NCBI GenBank assembly: GCA_030770535.1
Contig: JASVEC010000010.1
Location: 434,001-498,000, forward strand
Direction: 5' to 3'
DNA: 64,000 bases
Source of the DNA: Batkoa obscura
Lineage: Eukaryota
Below the pieces are notes generated by a model. The model had not been told where the DNA came from. It ran no database searches and was given only the letters and a program-made list of their open reading frames with translations. Positions 38,385-51,820 of this stretch are shown piece after piece. The position numbers and the translations under genes are program-made. Within the stretch, counting starts at the first letter, position 1. Every line of letters starts with the position of its first letter.

Positions 38385-39730
38385 ATGAGTTTAACACCCA
38401 AGTATTCTAATAAAGCAGAAGAATCTCTGTTAAACTTTGCTACTTATTTCCCATTACCTTATATTGTTAAAGCTGGTATAATGATGGTATTTTCAGTAAT
38501 GTTTTCACCATATTACTATTTCCTTGGCGAATATTCTAATGCTGAAAAACATGCTAATGAGTAAGTAACATTTGATTGTTTTTATTATTTTACTAAGTCT
38601 ATGTATTAATAATATTATTTCAATAGATTAGTTCAACAACATTTAAAGAATCATCCTAATGAAGAAAATAAAGTAGCAATTGTCACTGGTAATATTTAAG
38701 AGTTTGAGTAGTAAAAATTAATATGTTAAATTGATTAAAGGTGGTAATACTGGTATTGGATTTGAAACCGCTCATTGGTTAGTTAAAGCTAAATTTCATG
38801 TTATTTTAGGTAAATTAAATTAAGTTAAATATTTAAAATAAAAGTTAATTAATATAATCAATTTCTCTTAAATAGCTTGTCGTTCGCAAGAAAAAGCGGA
38901 AGTAGCTATTGAAAAGATCAAATCAGATTGCGGTCTTAATAGTAAAATTGAGTTCATTGCATTAGATTTAACTAGTTTTGATTCTGTGAAGTCGTTCGTA
39001 AAGGAATTTGAGAGCAAAGATTTACCATTAAATTTATTAATCAATAACGCAGGAATTATGAAAATTCCTGAATTTGAACGTAGTAAAGATGGGTTTGAAT
39101 TAACCTTTCAAGTGAATTATTTAAGTCACTTTTTATTATACAATTTATTAAAAGATAAATTAATTGCAACAAATAACTCAAAGTTAATTAATTTATCTTC
39201 ATTGGCTCATTATATGGGTAAGTTTAGTTTATTATTCCTTATTTATAATAAGTCTAAATATTAAATTAATTAGCTTCTGATGGTGATTTTGAAGACATTA
39301 ATAATTATCAACAATACAATGATCTAGCTCATTATTCTAAAGCAAAAGCAGCTGTTGTTATGAGCACTTATGCATTTAAAAGACATATCTCCGATCAAGT
39401 ACAATGTAAATTTAAATTAATAACAAATATTATAATAATTTAATTAAGTTCTATTTCTTAGGTTACGTAGTTCATCCAGGAGTTGTTAAAACTGAATTGT
39501 TTAGATATGATTCTATGGCAGATAAAGCAGTAGATATTTTTGGAAATTATTTTATGAAAACACCCTTACAAGGAGCAATGACTACCTTAAGATTAGCTTT
39601 ATTAGATAATATTCCAAAAGATTCTTTATATTTTGCAGATGAATTACCAATGCAACCTACTTATTGGACTAAAGATATTGAATTACAAGATAAATTGTGG
39701 AATTTATCAAAGAAATTGACTTGTATTTAA
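38385..39730 (+). CDS. RDH-like NADP(H)-type SDR with N-terminal hydrophobic segment
   Basis: MSLTPKY..., KVAIVTG|GNTGIG, ACRS, LINNAGIM, HYSKAK, VHPGVVKT, KTPLQGA; same intron pattern as 32908-34237. Confidence 0.9.
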
Positions 39731-40406
39731 AGAGATTAACTATTCATTGACTTTATTATATTAATATAATACCAATATTATAATATATATATATATATAT
39801 GAAGAAATAAAAAAAGTAATAGTTTTATTATAGTATTAAAACTTGTTAAATATTAATTATGATTTATTTTATGTATTTATTTTAATCATAATTATTGTTT
39901 TTTATATAAATAAAAGATGAATTTTAAAATAGACTATGATTATATTAATAGTGTAATTAGACTATAAAATAATTATTTGTAGTTTATCAATAATTAATTT
40001 ATTAATGAAATATTTTGTTTTTATTTCTATTTTTATTTTTCTATTTTTATTTTTCTATTTTTATTTTTATTTTGCTAAGTTATTTATAATTGAATTTTGT
40101 AATTAATTTTAGAAAACTAATAGTCGTATCTTACAAATAAATCAACTTAAAATAATTAATTATCAATTAAAGCCCCAAAGTATAATTAATTTTATTCACT
40201 AAAATTAATGCCCCTTTGTCTTTACCCAATTCATACTTCTCCTATTTATCTATCTTAACATCCCCTAAATCTATTTGAATTTCTAGTGACTTAAATGATT
40301 CAATAGTTCATCCCTTAACTAAAACCTTAATAAAAATAAATTCTTATTCAAAAATAAACTTTAAAATATAAAAATAATGACAACATTCTTATTTATTTCT
40401 ATATTT

Positions 40407-40408
<2 letters not shown>

Positions 40409-40465
<57 letters not shown>
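40409..40465. repeat. (ATT)19 microsatellite
   Basis: Uninterrupted ATT run. Confidence 0.9.
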
Positions 40466-40468
<3 letters not shown>

Positions 40469-40958
40469 TGATTTCAATATCAAATATTCTCTAATAAAAA
40501 TTAATCTTGAGTAAAATTCAATTTAATAACTTACAAAGTAGTTTATTGAGATTGAAAATGTGATAATAAAATAAGGAGAGTATAAAATCAATGATACTAA
40601 TTAATAAGGGTAAATTAAGATCATAATGCTACGATAAAAGCGGATAAAAGGTTCCCAAAAGGCTAGATTCGGAGTATGGAAAGAACCGATGAGTTGAAAT
40701 CGATAATGTTAACCAATAAAAACTCAATAATAATAATAACAATGAATTGACAATAAACAATTAATATAAAAACATAATGGCTAAACATTACTAATAAGAA
40801 AATTAAAAAAGCACTGATAATTTTTTATTAAATAATACAATTAATAATGATAATAAGAGAAGAGAGATGAAAGAATATATTAACTTAAACAAAATAAATG
40901 ATGATAAATAAAGTACCCCTTTTCCTATTTTAATTCCTTCTTTTTTTATCTAACAGAA

Positions 40959-41666
40959 TCAAACATATTCTGGTGGGGGTGAATTTAAATTAGAAGAAAA
41001 ATAAGATGGTGGTAAACTTAAGGATTCTAAAAAATTAGTTGCAAATTGATTCCTTTGTTGATTCTCTTTACGTGAGAATTTACTAGCTAATCGATAATTA
41101 GATCTTAAATAAGTATCTTTATTTCTACACGATTTATGATAATGTAACCACCACTAAAAGAAAGTAGAAAGCAATTAATTATATGTAACATGAGTTATGA
41201 AATATAATAAACAACTTACCAAAAATTGAGAAAATAAATAAATCAATGGAAATATCAATGCAATCAAAAACGACATAAAAAAAGAACCAACAGTATAAAT
41301 TAAACAAATTGCACCAGTAACAATTAATCCTATTACTAATAAACATAATCCAATTCGAATCCAAAATGTTCTTTTAATACTTTGTTGAAATTGATAATGT
41401 TCTTTTTCACTCCCATACATCATTACTTTATATAAATCTTTAGGTATTAAAGTACTAAAAGCATAATTTGATTTGATTCTTATGGGCTCTGAATGTTCTT
41501 CATAACTAGGTAATTGAGTATCAATGCTTATTCGTTCAAATATCTCTAATGTGGGGTCGACAGGTGATATTAGACTATCATCTATATTTACTGTTGATGT
41601 TGTGTTTTGTTCTGTAGCAAGGGTTGTGATGGGAACAATGGTGGTAGTAGTATTGATATTTGACAT
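40959..41666 (-). CDS. two-TM protein with PPxY motifs (divergent family member)
   Basis: LPSY near N-terminus, LYKVMMYGSEK core, exon 2 WWLHYHKSCR...LPPSY...SPPPEYV*. Confidence 0.85.
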
Positions 41667-43143
41667 AATGATGATAAATAATCCTACAACGGAATTTAAA
41701 AAAAAACTCTAAAGAATAAATAAGAAATAGAAATGAAAAAGAAATGAAAATTAATTTCAAAGATTTTATTTTTAAATTAACCCCTTCGTTTTCTATTTAT
41801 ATGTTTTAATAATTTATCATTATCGCTTGTTTTATGATTTGATATTCATGCTTTTTTTAAAATAATAATTTTGCCTCTTTTTTTATCTTTTTCATTTTAC
41901 CTTTTTCGTTTTTATAAACGTTGCTTTCATCCTTTAATTGATAAAGTAAATTAATTGGTCCTCTATGCTTAGTTTTAAATTAACTGAATATTAATCCTCT
42001 TTGAATTATCAGTTTTTTTTAGTAGACAATAAGGAAGTACAATATGAAAATAGTAGCGAAGTAGAATAATCTAGTGGTTTTGAAATAAAATATCATTATT
42101 GAATTTACTACTGAATTTTCAATTATTTTTTAATCTTAATATAGCTTAATTAATTATGAACTCAATGTGAAATTAGTTGCATTACCTTATTGATTTCATA
42201 TTAGTAATTGTTTTTTATTGTTGTTCTTTACTTACTATTCATTTTATGTTATTTCATCTAATATAATATCTTTTACTTTATGTTTTTTAGAATTTATTAT
42301 AAAAACTTATTTAAAATCCTTCTATTAGTCCACGTCACTTTATTATCAGTAAGATCTATCAAAATTAATCACTATATATCTGACTTTTTCTTGGCCTTGG
42401 GTTAAAGTTTACAATCTTTTTAGGCTTTAAATCAGTATTTTTCTCTTGATAAATAAGTTTTGAATTTTTGCAACTTTAATAAATTTCAGTACAAAAAAAT
42501 ACGGAACTGGATATTCTACATCGGAAGATATTATTAGGGACAAGATATTAGTTAACTATAGAAGAGAAGTAAGGTATCAATTATCAAAATAGAAAATAAG
42601 AATAAATAAAATATCAGTAATCAACAGAAGAAAAATCAAGTAAAAACTTATAGTCATATTTATTCTATTACATCTATACCAATTCCATAACTATCCTATA
42701 TTCTATAATATTTTATAATTAACATCTATTTTATAACTATAACATCTCTCTTACATGTCCTACTGTATTACTTTGATCTTTCTATTTATTAAGTTCTATT
42801 ATTAAAGTGATTCTACTTTATCTCATTATTAAATTAACTATAATAACTGAATTCATTAACCTGATAATCACATACTGTAATTTATTAAGTTGTAAAAAAA
42901 GATAAAATTGCAATCACCAAAGTGAGTAAAGTGATAATTTTGTTCAATCTTTGAAAGTCCGAAAATTGAAGTTTTTACGTAAAATGAATAATAAGTTATT
43001 ATTTAATTTAGTATAAATTTTAAGGAACTATTTTAAATATTAGAAACAAAATATATTGTTTTATGGATAAAACCACAATATAGTTAACTCCAAATAATAT
43101 TATATTGATGTTTTAATTCATTAATTCATTAATTAATTAATTA

Positions 43144-43220
43144 ATTTTTTATTTTTTATTTTTTATTTTATTTCATTTTATTTTATTTTATTTTATTTTA
43201 TTTTATTTTATTTTGTTTTG
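43144..43220. repeat. imperfect (TTTTA)n low-complexity repeat
   Basis: Tandem TTTTA/TTTTG units. Confidence 0.7.
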
Positions 43221-44843
43221 AAATATTGGAGTAATAACTTTACTTATTTCAATATTGTTAGTTATTCTATTGTGGACTTTAAAATAAACCAGTTTTATAA
43301 ATTAAAGAGTACCAGCATCTCTTAAATAGGGGTTAAATATTTAAAATAACTATTTATTTTAAATAAACAAGATATCAGTTTACTTTATTTATACAATATT
43401 TAAAATTAGTAATTTCTATTTATATTATTTTTACTGTAGTTAAATCATTAAAATTAAAAAACTCAATAAATACCAACAGTTGCTTTTATTGAATAGTATG
43501 TTATAGGCTTAACTATTAATAAAATCCGGTTTGCACGGGACTTTAGAAATATTTATAAGGCTTAAATTACTTTTTTCAAAGTCAATGTTAGGAGTTGAGG
43601 GCTTAGAAAAAGGATAATCGGGTTATAACGTGATTAAGAAGCAATAAATAAAGTTAAATAATTTTTATTTTATATTTGAAAATGTAAAAAATTATAAAAT
43701 TAGAATCATAATATATGCTTTAAATTTTGGTTTTTATTTCAAAATAATGAGTTAATTAACTAATTAAGTCAAATCCTTAACAACATTAATTAGAATAGTT
43801 CATTAAATGATGTATTAAAAATAGAATTTTGAATTTTTGAGTTTATAAATCGTAAATTACTATACTTTTATTAGATAAAATAAGAGTTAAATATTAAATA
43901 ACTTTGCAATTATCATCAAATTACACAAAATTCAAGTTCGCAGTAAAGATTTAGAATGATTTAAAATATCAACTTTTAATTACTATTTTTAATAATAAAA
44001 CCATAATATTCAAAATATAATAAATCAAATATAAGAGGTGTTTAGCCGTGTGTGTAACATTAAGGGTAGTAATAATAATAGTAAAAAGAGAAGTAAAGGT
44101 TTAAGATAAAACCAAAAAAATTATTAAAAGAATCTTTCAGATCTGATATCTTATGATACATTATGTATTAAATATAATTTAGGGTTTTAAAACTTGAAGT
44201 TATATTTTAAAAAATAAAATAATAGTATGTTTAGAACCAATTTAAACTAGCATTATTTTTCCCGCTAAATTACAAATTATTGCCAAGTAACCTAAAAAAG
44301 CTCAACAAGAACTATTTTCTTTATAAACATTTATTGATGAATTTAAAATATTATTCTAAATACTTGAGTTACAATACTGAATCATGGTTAAATTATTATA
44401 TTAATGTTATATTATATTGGTCTATTTATTGATATTTATTAAACATTTGATCAAACATTTGATCCTTATTTGACGCTTAATCCATTCATTTGCCTTAGTT
44501 TAGCCTTAAACCTTGGTTTCACCTACTATTAGAACTTAAATTCATAAAATTAAGCCAATTAAATTTCTTATTTAAAAAGTTAATTTACTGTAAATTTCTA
44601 TAAAAAAATACTAACAAATATTTGAATCATAGCTTTGTAATAGTTTCATTTATTCTTATCGTTCATGCTAAATACAAAATTTAAGGGATCTCATTATTAA
44701 TCCTTGAATTATCATTTGATACTAATAGGGAAATTCAAGCATTTATTGAAAAAGTATAAATACTCAAGATATGGAAGATTCAATTTTATTTCAAAATCAA
44801 AAATAATAATATTCTTTTCTATTTAATAACTAAATAACATAAC

Positions 44844-45380
44844 ATGGAGATCTTACCATCTAACAATACTTCCAAATTTCAACTTCATAGTAAAAACAAA
44901 AAGTCCTTTGGCTTCAATAAAGAAGGTTTAAAGATTCATATGGTTAATGATGAATATTATCAACTCTTAAACAATGAAGATAAACAAGTCATTTACAATA
45001 TATATATCGATTATAATGTCAAAGTATTACAAATTATGGACCAACGTAATACCTTAGTTGGTAAAATGGAAATGAAGTTTGATAATGTTTGGATTATCAC
45101 AAGACAAAGTCAAATCACATCTACATTAAGATTTTTAAATAAAGCCTTATGGTCTTTACAAGTCTATGACGATAATATTGCTCAATCTTATCAAATTAAT
45201 CATGATTTAAAGAAAGGTTGGTTAGTTAAAACATTCTTAAATGATGGAGATTATTTAGCCAAATTATCCACTTCCTTCTTCCATATGCTTCCTAATATTA
45301 AGCTCAAGTCCTCATCTCAAAACTTGAACTATAGCTTTGCTCTAACACTGTTTTTGGTCAAAATTATCGAAAGATTTTAA
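44844..45380 (+). CDS. hypothetical 178-aa protein (intronless, beta-rich pattern)
   Basis: Clean 537-bp ORF in very AT-rich DNA, TATAAA about 85 bp upstream; no recognised motif. Confidence 0.65.
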   Translation: MEILPSNNTSKFQLHSKNKKSFGFNKEGLKIHMVNDEYYQLLNNEDKQVIYNIYIDYNVKVLQIMDQRNTLVGKMEMKFDNVWIITRQSQITSTLRFLNKALWSLQVYDDNIAQSYQINHDLKKGWLVKTFLNDGDYLAKLSTSFFHMLPNIKLKSSSQNLNYSFALTLFLVKIIERF

Positions 45381-47606
45381 TCTGTATTATCTTATTGTAT
45401 TGATTACATTATGATTGTTGTATTTTATTTCCATTAACTAAAAAGTTTTTTGCTATTGAGATAGCCTTATTTCGTTTGCATTAAGTGCCGCCTGTAATTA
45501 TAATTAATAAAAAAATAATTAAAAATATACATTGATTCTTTTTTGCATTAAAAAAATGGTTAATAATAAATATTTATTTCACTAGAAGATAAATATTCTT
45601 TAAATTAACGTTAAAAACTAATAAAATAATAAAAGGCTAGATTTTTAAATAAATAAATTAAATCATGACTATGAAATTTCAAATAAATTGCATAATAAAA
45701 TGACCCAACCACTATTAACAACCACTTAATATAGAACTATTAATAGACAATCACAATAACAATTTTAATACTATTCGTAAAGTTGATATATTTAATAATA
45801 AACAAATTATTAATAAAATTTAAAAATAAATAAACTACGTAGTACAAAAAATTCTATGTGAAATGATAATAAATTATTAAAATAATATTATTATTTCATA
45901 ATAGAAATATCAATAAAAAATAATCTTTTATTTCAATAAAAAGTTGTAAGTTTAAAATACTCAATAAAATCAATAAATAGTCAATTATAATAACATTATT
46001 ATTATTGAGTGATAGTCAACTAAATAATATTTCAAAATAATAAAATAAAAATAGTTAACTAACAAATATCTTACAATAATAAACGTTTATTTTTTTTATT
46101 TTTAGTAACAAATTTAGAAACCTTAGTTCAAAATTAATAAATTAAATTAATGTTAGTAAAAGTTTGATCCATATATATTACTTCAATCATGACTTAGAAT
46201 TTAATTACATGTAAAAATTAATATTTTCATCCTCTTTATTTTATACTGTTATTGAACTTTAATGAGTATTTATTATTACTTTTTAATATTATCATAGCTA
46301 AAACATTGATATTTTAAGTCAATTTACGAAAAATGAAAACTAATTATTTTTCATTTTATTGTCATTAAACATTGTAAAGTTATTCTATTTTAATATTATC
46401 GTTGAAACAATAATTCAAGTTAATATATAAATATATATATCTATAATTCTATTATTACTTATAATATACATTAATATTACTGAAATTAATAATTAATATT
46501 ACTAATGAAACATTGATAAGCTCAAGTCAATAATACTTTAAAATTCCTACTTTTTATCCTTCCACCTTTTTTTGATAATGTCATCATCATCTTATTTGAA
46601 ACCTTGATGTACAATATTATAATATCCATACTTTTTACATATTTCCACATCATTGAACCTTATCAAATTCTTCCGCTTTTAGATCTTAGAACCGGAAATA
46701 CTTTTTTTCGTATTTTTTAAATGTGATGATTTCTTTTATAATTGACTTACTATATAATTGTTATAAAAATAGGTGTTATTTATATGCTTAGAATTTTATT
46801 TTTATATTTTTTTTGATGTAATAAATTTAAAAGTTCTTTTTAACTATGTTATAATTTACTTTTTCCATGTAAATTAAATTAACCTGAATGAATTAATATC
46901 TTATCTTATGGCGATCTTTAAAGCAAAGTAATAGAAGATTAACAAAAAAAACTTAAATTAACAGCCTCCTTATTTTTTAATAAATGCTTATGAAATTCAG
47001 TAAGCAAGATGTAACAAGGCTTTATATCTTATTTATTTAAATTAAAAGTTATTTGTGATAATAAATAATTACTAAGGAACATCAAAATTAAAACAATGAT
47101 TTTATAACAACTAATTTATTAACAACAGAATATTATTATAATTTCCAATTATATTAGAATTTTACCTTGATAATTTATTAAAAAAGTTCCACTATAAACT
47201 TTATTTAAATAACATACAATAATACTGAATTCTATACAGTAACTTTTTTAAATAGAACTAAAATTCATTATATAAATTTTGACTTCTTATAAATAATAAA
47301 TAGATTGGAACTTAATTAATTAAAAATAGAACTATATTAACTATAAGTAATAAATAATGGTAATGCATTAGTAACAGGAGCTATTAAAAAGAGCCACCTC
47401 AACATGTATTTAACGCCATAATAACATTAATTTAATACAACTAAACTGTGTAACAGCTATGCCATCATTCTCATGCTTCATTGAAATAAAGAGTTAAATT
47501 TTTATATAGCTTTAACGTCAACCTCTTATTTTAGCTTTTTTAAAGCTTAAATGATTATCACCACTTAAAACTGTATGCCAAAATATGGCTTTATTTTTCA
47601 GCATAT

Positions 47607-47704
47607 GAGGATGTATTTTTTTGTTTAAGAATTTTACTAGTGGTATTTCTACCCAAATAGCACTTAAGAAACGGAAAAAGTAATAAAACTAAAAAAACGC
47701 CCCG
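47607..47704. mobile_element. ~98-bp MITE family copy
   Basis: Family core; ATAT target duplication. Confidence 0.85.
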
Positions 47705-48380
47705 ATATCTTATCTTGATAGCCATCATTTTATAAATAAATAAATAAGGTTCTTATATAAAAAGCCTACCTTTTTGTAAAAGTATGCTTTATATTTGCTG
47801 CTTGAGGTGGATTCAAAGGCCATTTATTCTTTTTTGAATATTTAGTTGATTGTCAATTGAAGTTTATTTCAAACTTTTATTCATTTAACTTGCTCAAAGT
47901 ACTCCTCTAAGTTACTAACTACTTCAATATAAGCAACTCTCTGAAATTTAAACTACCATCTTTTTTTGCCCACCTTTCGTGCACTGTAACGCTATAAATT
48001 ATGTCGATTTTAAAAATAGAAATACAAATTCCGAAGTTAGAAGTTCAATTTCGAAATCAAATTATGGTTTTTTTAAAAGCTAATGATAGGTTAAAGCTAT
48101 AAATTGTTTTAGGATACAAAAAGTAGGTGACTTTTGAAAGATTAATTGTGATATTGAGGGGCATAGCGGTAATAATGATAATATTGGTGAAGTTAATAAA
48201 TGCTAGTAAATAATTATAGTATAGAGTAACAACTATCAAGTTTTAAAATAATAATAATAATAATAATAATAATATAACAAATGTAAAAAGTTAAATAATT
48301 TATTACTTATGAAAAATCAATGAAATTAAAAATGAAATGCAATTATTATTTACAATTGAAGATAAAGATTCCTAAAAAAA

Positions 48381-49002
48381 CTAATGAGCTTGTTGATAAG
48401 CTGGCGGTGAGTTGGCAGCTTCAATATAATTAGGAGGTGGTAAGGTATAAGTAACTCTTTCGATTTCCCTTTGGTATCTACTTCTTTCACTAGCTTCTAA
48501 GCGCGCTGCTAAACTACTATTGAGTTTCAAATAACTTTCTTTATCACGTACAGATCTTAAATAATGTATTAAAAACTAAAAGAAATAAGTCAAATACTGA
48601 ATAATATTAATAACAATAAAAGCTTACATAAAGTTGAGTAACAATAATAAAACTAAAGAATAAAAAGATAGTTAAAGAATAAGCAAAAAAATAACTTGAG
48701 TCCCTGTAAACATAAAGTACTCCAAATACGATACCCAACAATATAGGCAACAATAAAAGTAGACGAAAACAAAAGGTACGTATAATCACGCGTTTTAATT
48801 CCAATTTTAATTTATTATCCCCATGCATCATCACTTTATAAAAATCTCGATCCAAATCACTTCTTAAAGTATAATGGGGTAGCAATTGAAATCCTTGTAA
48901 ATAATTAATTGTAATACTAGTAAATTCAGGAGGTGGGGGATCGGTATGATTGATAGTAGACATTTCAATAGTCGTTGTTGGCATCATTGCTTGATTCATC
49001 AT
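48381..49002 (-). CDS. two-TM protein with twin PPxY motifs (uncharacterised family)
   Basis: FYKVMMHGDNKLK core; exon 2 FLIHYLRSVR...TLPPPNYIEAANSPPAYQQAH*. Confidence 0.85.
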
Positions 49003-49784
49003 CCTTGGATGATCTTGAAATAGAAATAGATTTGTTGCTAAAATTTTTGGAGTTTAAATTATTTCTTTAAAACTTATCAACTTATAAATTATACCTATTT
49101 TCAAGGTCCTAGATTCAACCAATCATTTGTCTCCTGTATTTAGAACTAAACCAAGCAACTTTAAAATTATTTTGGTTGTTAAGTTAGTAAAATTGGATTT
49201 TAGCCTGATTTTTAAATTGTTGAATTATAATATAAATCAAGCAATTATTTATTAATAAAGTATATCTTTTTTATAATGGTATTATTAAATTATAAATGAA
49301 TAAAAAAAGGGAGATTTTAACTCTCAAAATTTAATTGTTTAATAGTAAAAATCGGATTGTAGGTTATGTAAAATAATCATAGTTCTAGAAAGAAGTTTAT
49401 TTAATTGCTATTGTTAAGTAATCTCATATCTAAAACCCTTTTTGCTAAAAACACTGTCATTCTTGTTGTGTGGGCAAAAGTTTATCTAGTCTAAAAATCA
49501 AGATGACTCTCCATTGTAAAATTCTGCTACTATCACAACCCTATAATTCTAGGCTATTTATTTGGCCAAAAAACAAAACCTACACACGATATTTCTACTT
49601 ATTTTAATCTCAAATTTCATAAACTAAAAAGATTAAAAATAAGGTTACTGAAGCTATCAATAAAATACCAAAAATTAAATGGAAATTTAACCCTGATATT
49701 AAAACCATTTATTATAAACGTTCAAAAACTATGTTAAAAACTAACAAAATATTTATAATATGAGTAAACCAAATTTATATAAAT

Positions 49785-49865
49785 GAGAGTGTTTTTTCCA
49801 TTTTTTAAGTGCTATTTAAGCGGAAAAGTTGTTAGTAAAATTCTTAAACACAAAAGTACATCCTC
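49785..49865. mobile_element. internally deleted MITE family copy
   Basis: Family core missing a segment between two T-runs; AAAT target duplication. Confidence 0.8.
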
Positions 49866-51820
49866 AAATAATAACTCAAAATTTAGATTTTGTGCAACAT
49901 TTTATAAAGTTCCTGATTCAATTTTAACAACTACTTATTTTTTTAAACGATATTATCGCTTTTTTTAAAATTATTTAGCGCTTTTTTATAAATTACTTAG
50001 CAGTTTTATTTTTATGAAAATTTCAAATTTCCTGAAACTAACAGGGAATTTTGTTAAAGTGCCTATTATAGGAAAAGCCCACACTTTGAGTTGGAAATAC
50101 TGTATTAAAAAATTGCAAAGGGGTCTATCTTTACATTTAAACTATGTTCCTCCATTATCTTTTCCTTTTTATTCCTAGAAATAAAACGCTTATGAGTTTC
50201 TTTACAGCTATTTCAAGAGCCTTTTGAAAAAAGGGTTAGATCTAAGAATATGAATTTATTAGATTTTATGGGATATTTTAGTCAGAATTTCAAATACTCT
50301 TTGATAATCAAGAGACGTTTCGTGCGCAAATGATGACTTAAACTATCATGCTTTTTTTCGCTAAGTCTAAATCTGACGAGTCAACCACTTGAGTACCATG
50401 AATAAACAATGGTCGTCAAACTTTTGTATTCCAAAATTAAATTGAATCATGATAAGGATTCCCCACATACGATTTTGAAGTGAAATAAAATCATGGTAAA
50501 TATTACTTCCATGATTTAAATTGAATTCAACTCTTTGGACATTGAATTCCAAGAAAACTAATCAATTGGCATAAAGTTGGTTAGAAACTATGGTCTAATC
50601 AAACAGAATTTTCTTGAGATACTTGGTACTAAAAGGTTGTTGTCAGTTAACCCAATCAAGTAAAATTTTTGATCTGATTGACTTTTTTTTTAAAAACACT
50701 GATATAAAAGTTTCCAAGCAATTCAATACTCAAGGGGTTAATGATAGCTATTAAAAGCAGCTACACTCAAATATTTATTAAACTATCAATTAAATTCGAC
50801 ATGTAAGTTTTTGTCGGTGTTATTTGCATATAGTTACGTCAATATTTACAAAATTTTTGAATATTAATTTTTCATCAAAATGTATCCTTAAATTAAAGTT
50901 AATGGCTCACACTTTCAACTGATTGTGAAAGAAAAGTGTTTTAAGAAATACGGCTGAAGAATCAAAATCCAAAATCTCTGTTCTTTTCATAAATTTTCCT
51001 CTATAAAATCCTTCTTTCAGTGGTGGATTAATTCCTGTTGCCACTAATAAACATAGCTTGACTGGTTTTTCTACAGCACTCCTCTTGTAGCTCCCTTTTC
51101 ATGTCGTTTTAGTATATTATACAATACAATTATACCTTGAAATTTATAAATAGTATTTTATGAGAAATATTTCAAATATAAATATAACAAATCTATAAAT
51201 AAAAATATTTCAAAATAATAGTGGGTCATAAGCTTACGAAAGCTTGGCTGTGAATAAAATTAATTTGAGTTTGACTTTTCTAAAATATTTAAATTAATTT
51301 ATCTTAGTAGTGATTTCACTGCTAGAAAATTGACTCTTTTTGACATTATTTTACATCATAATTTTATTTTAGGTCATAATAAAAAGTGGGTTTACAAAAT
51401 AATATTATTTAAACCTTATTAAGTTGCATGTTGTATCCCTTAAATTTAAACCTGTTACTTCGCTGGCAAAAATTGAGCCAAAAATATAACTTCTGCATCT
51501 AATGGACCAGTTTTCTCGCTATTTGAAACCTGAGGTATATATCTTACATGATATTTTAAATGATATTTTATAAACCTATGTTGCTAAGCATCTAAAAGCA
51601 TCCTCTTAATAAATCTTGCGTCCCCTTTTCCAAGTTGAACGGTATAATTGAAGTACCAACCATACTAATCATCATCATAAGAAAGGTATAGAAATAATAT
51701 GATTGGTTAATAAGATCTAAAGAATAGATCTAAGAATTCCAAATTTGAAACAAAATTAATTGGATGGCCAAGTATATAAAGAAGATAAAGTACATATTTT
51801 TAAAGTCACTTTAATCAAAA

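Noticed and set aside
49783..49968. 61-aa ORF
   Set aside because: Begins inside a MITE copy; spurious
50290..51110. Minus-strand ORF 50367-50552 and surrounding coding-like DNA
   Set aside because: Many stops and no identifiable family; left unannotated
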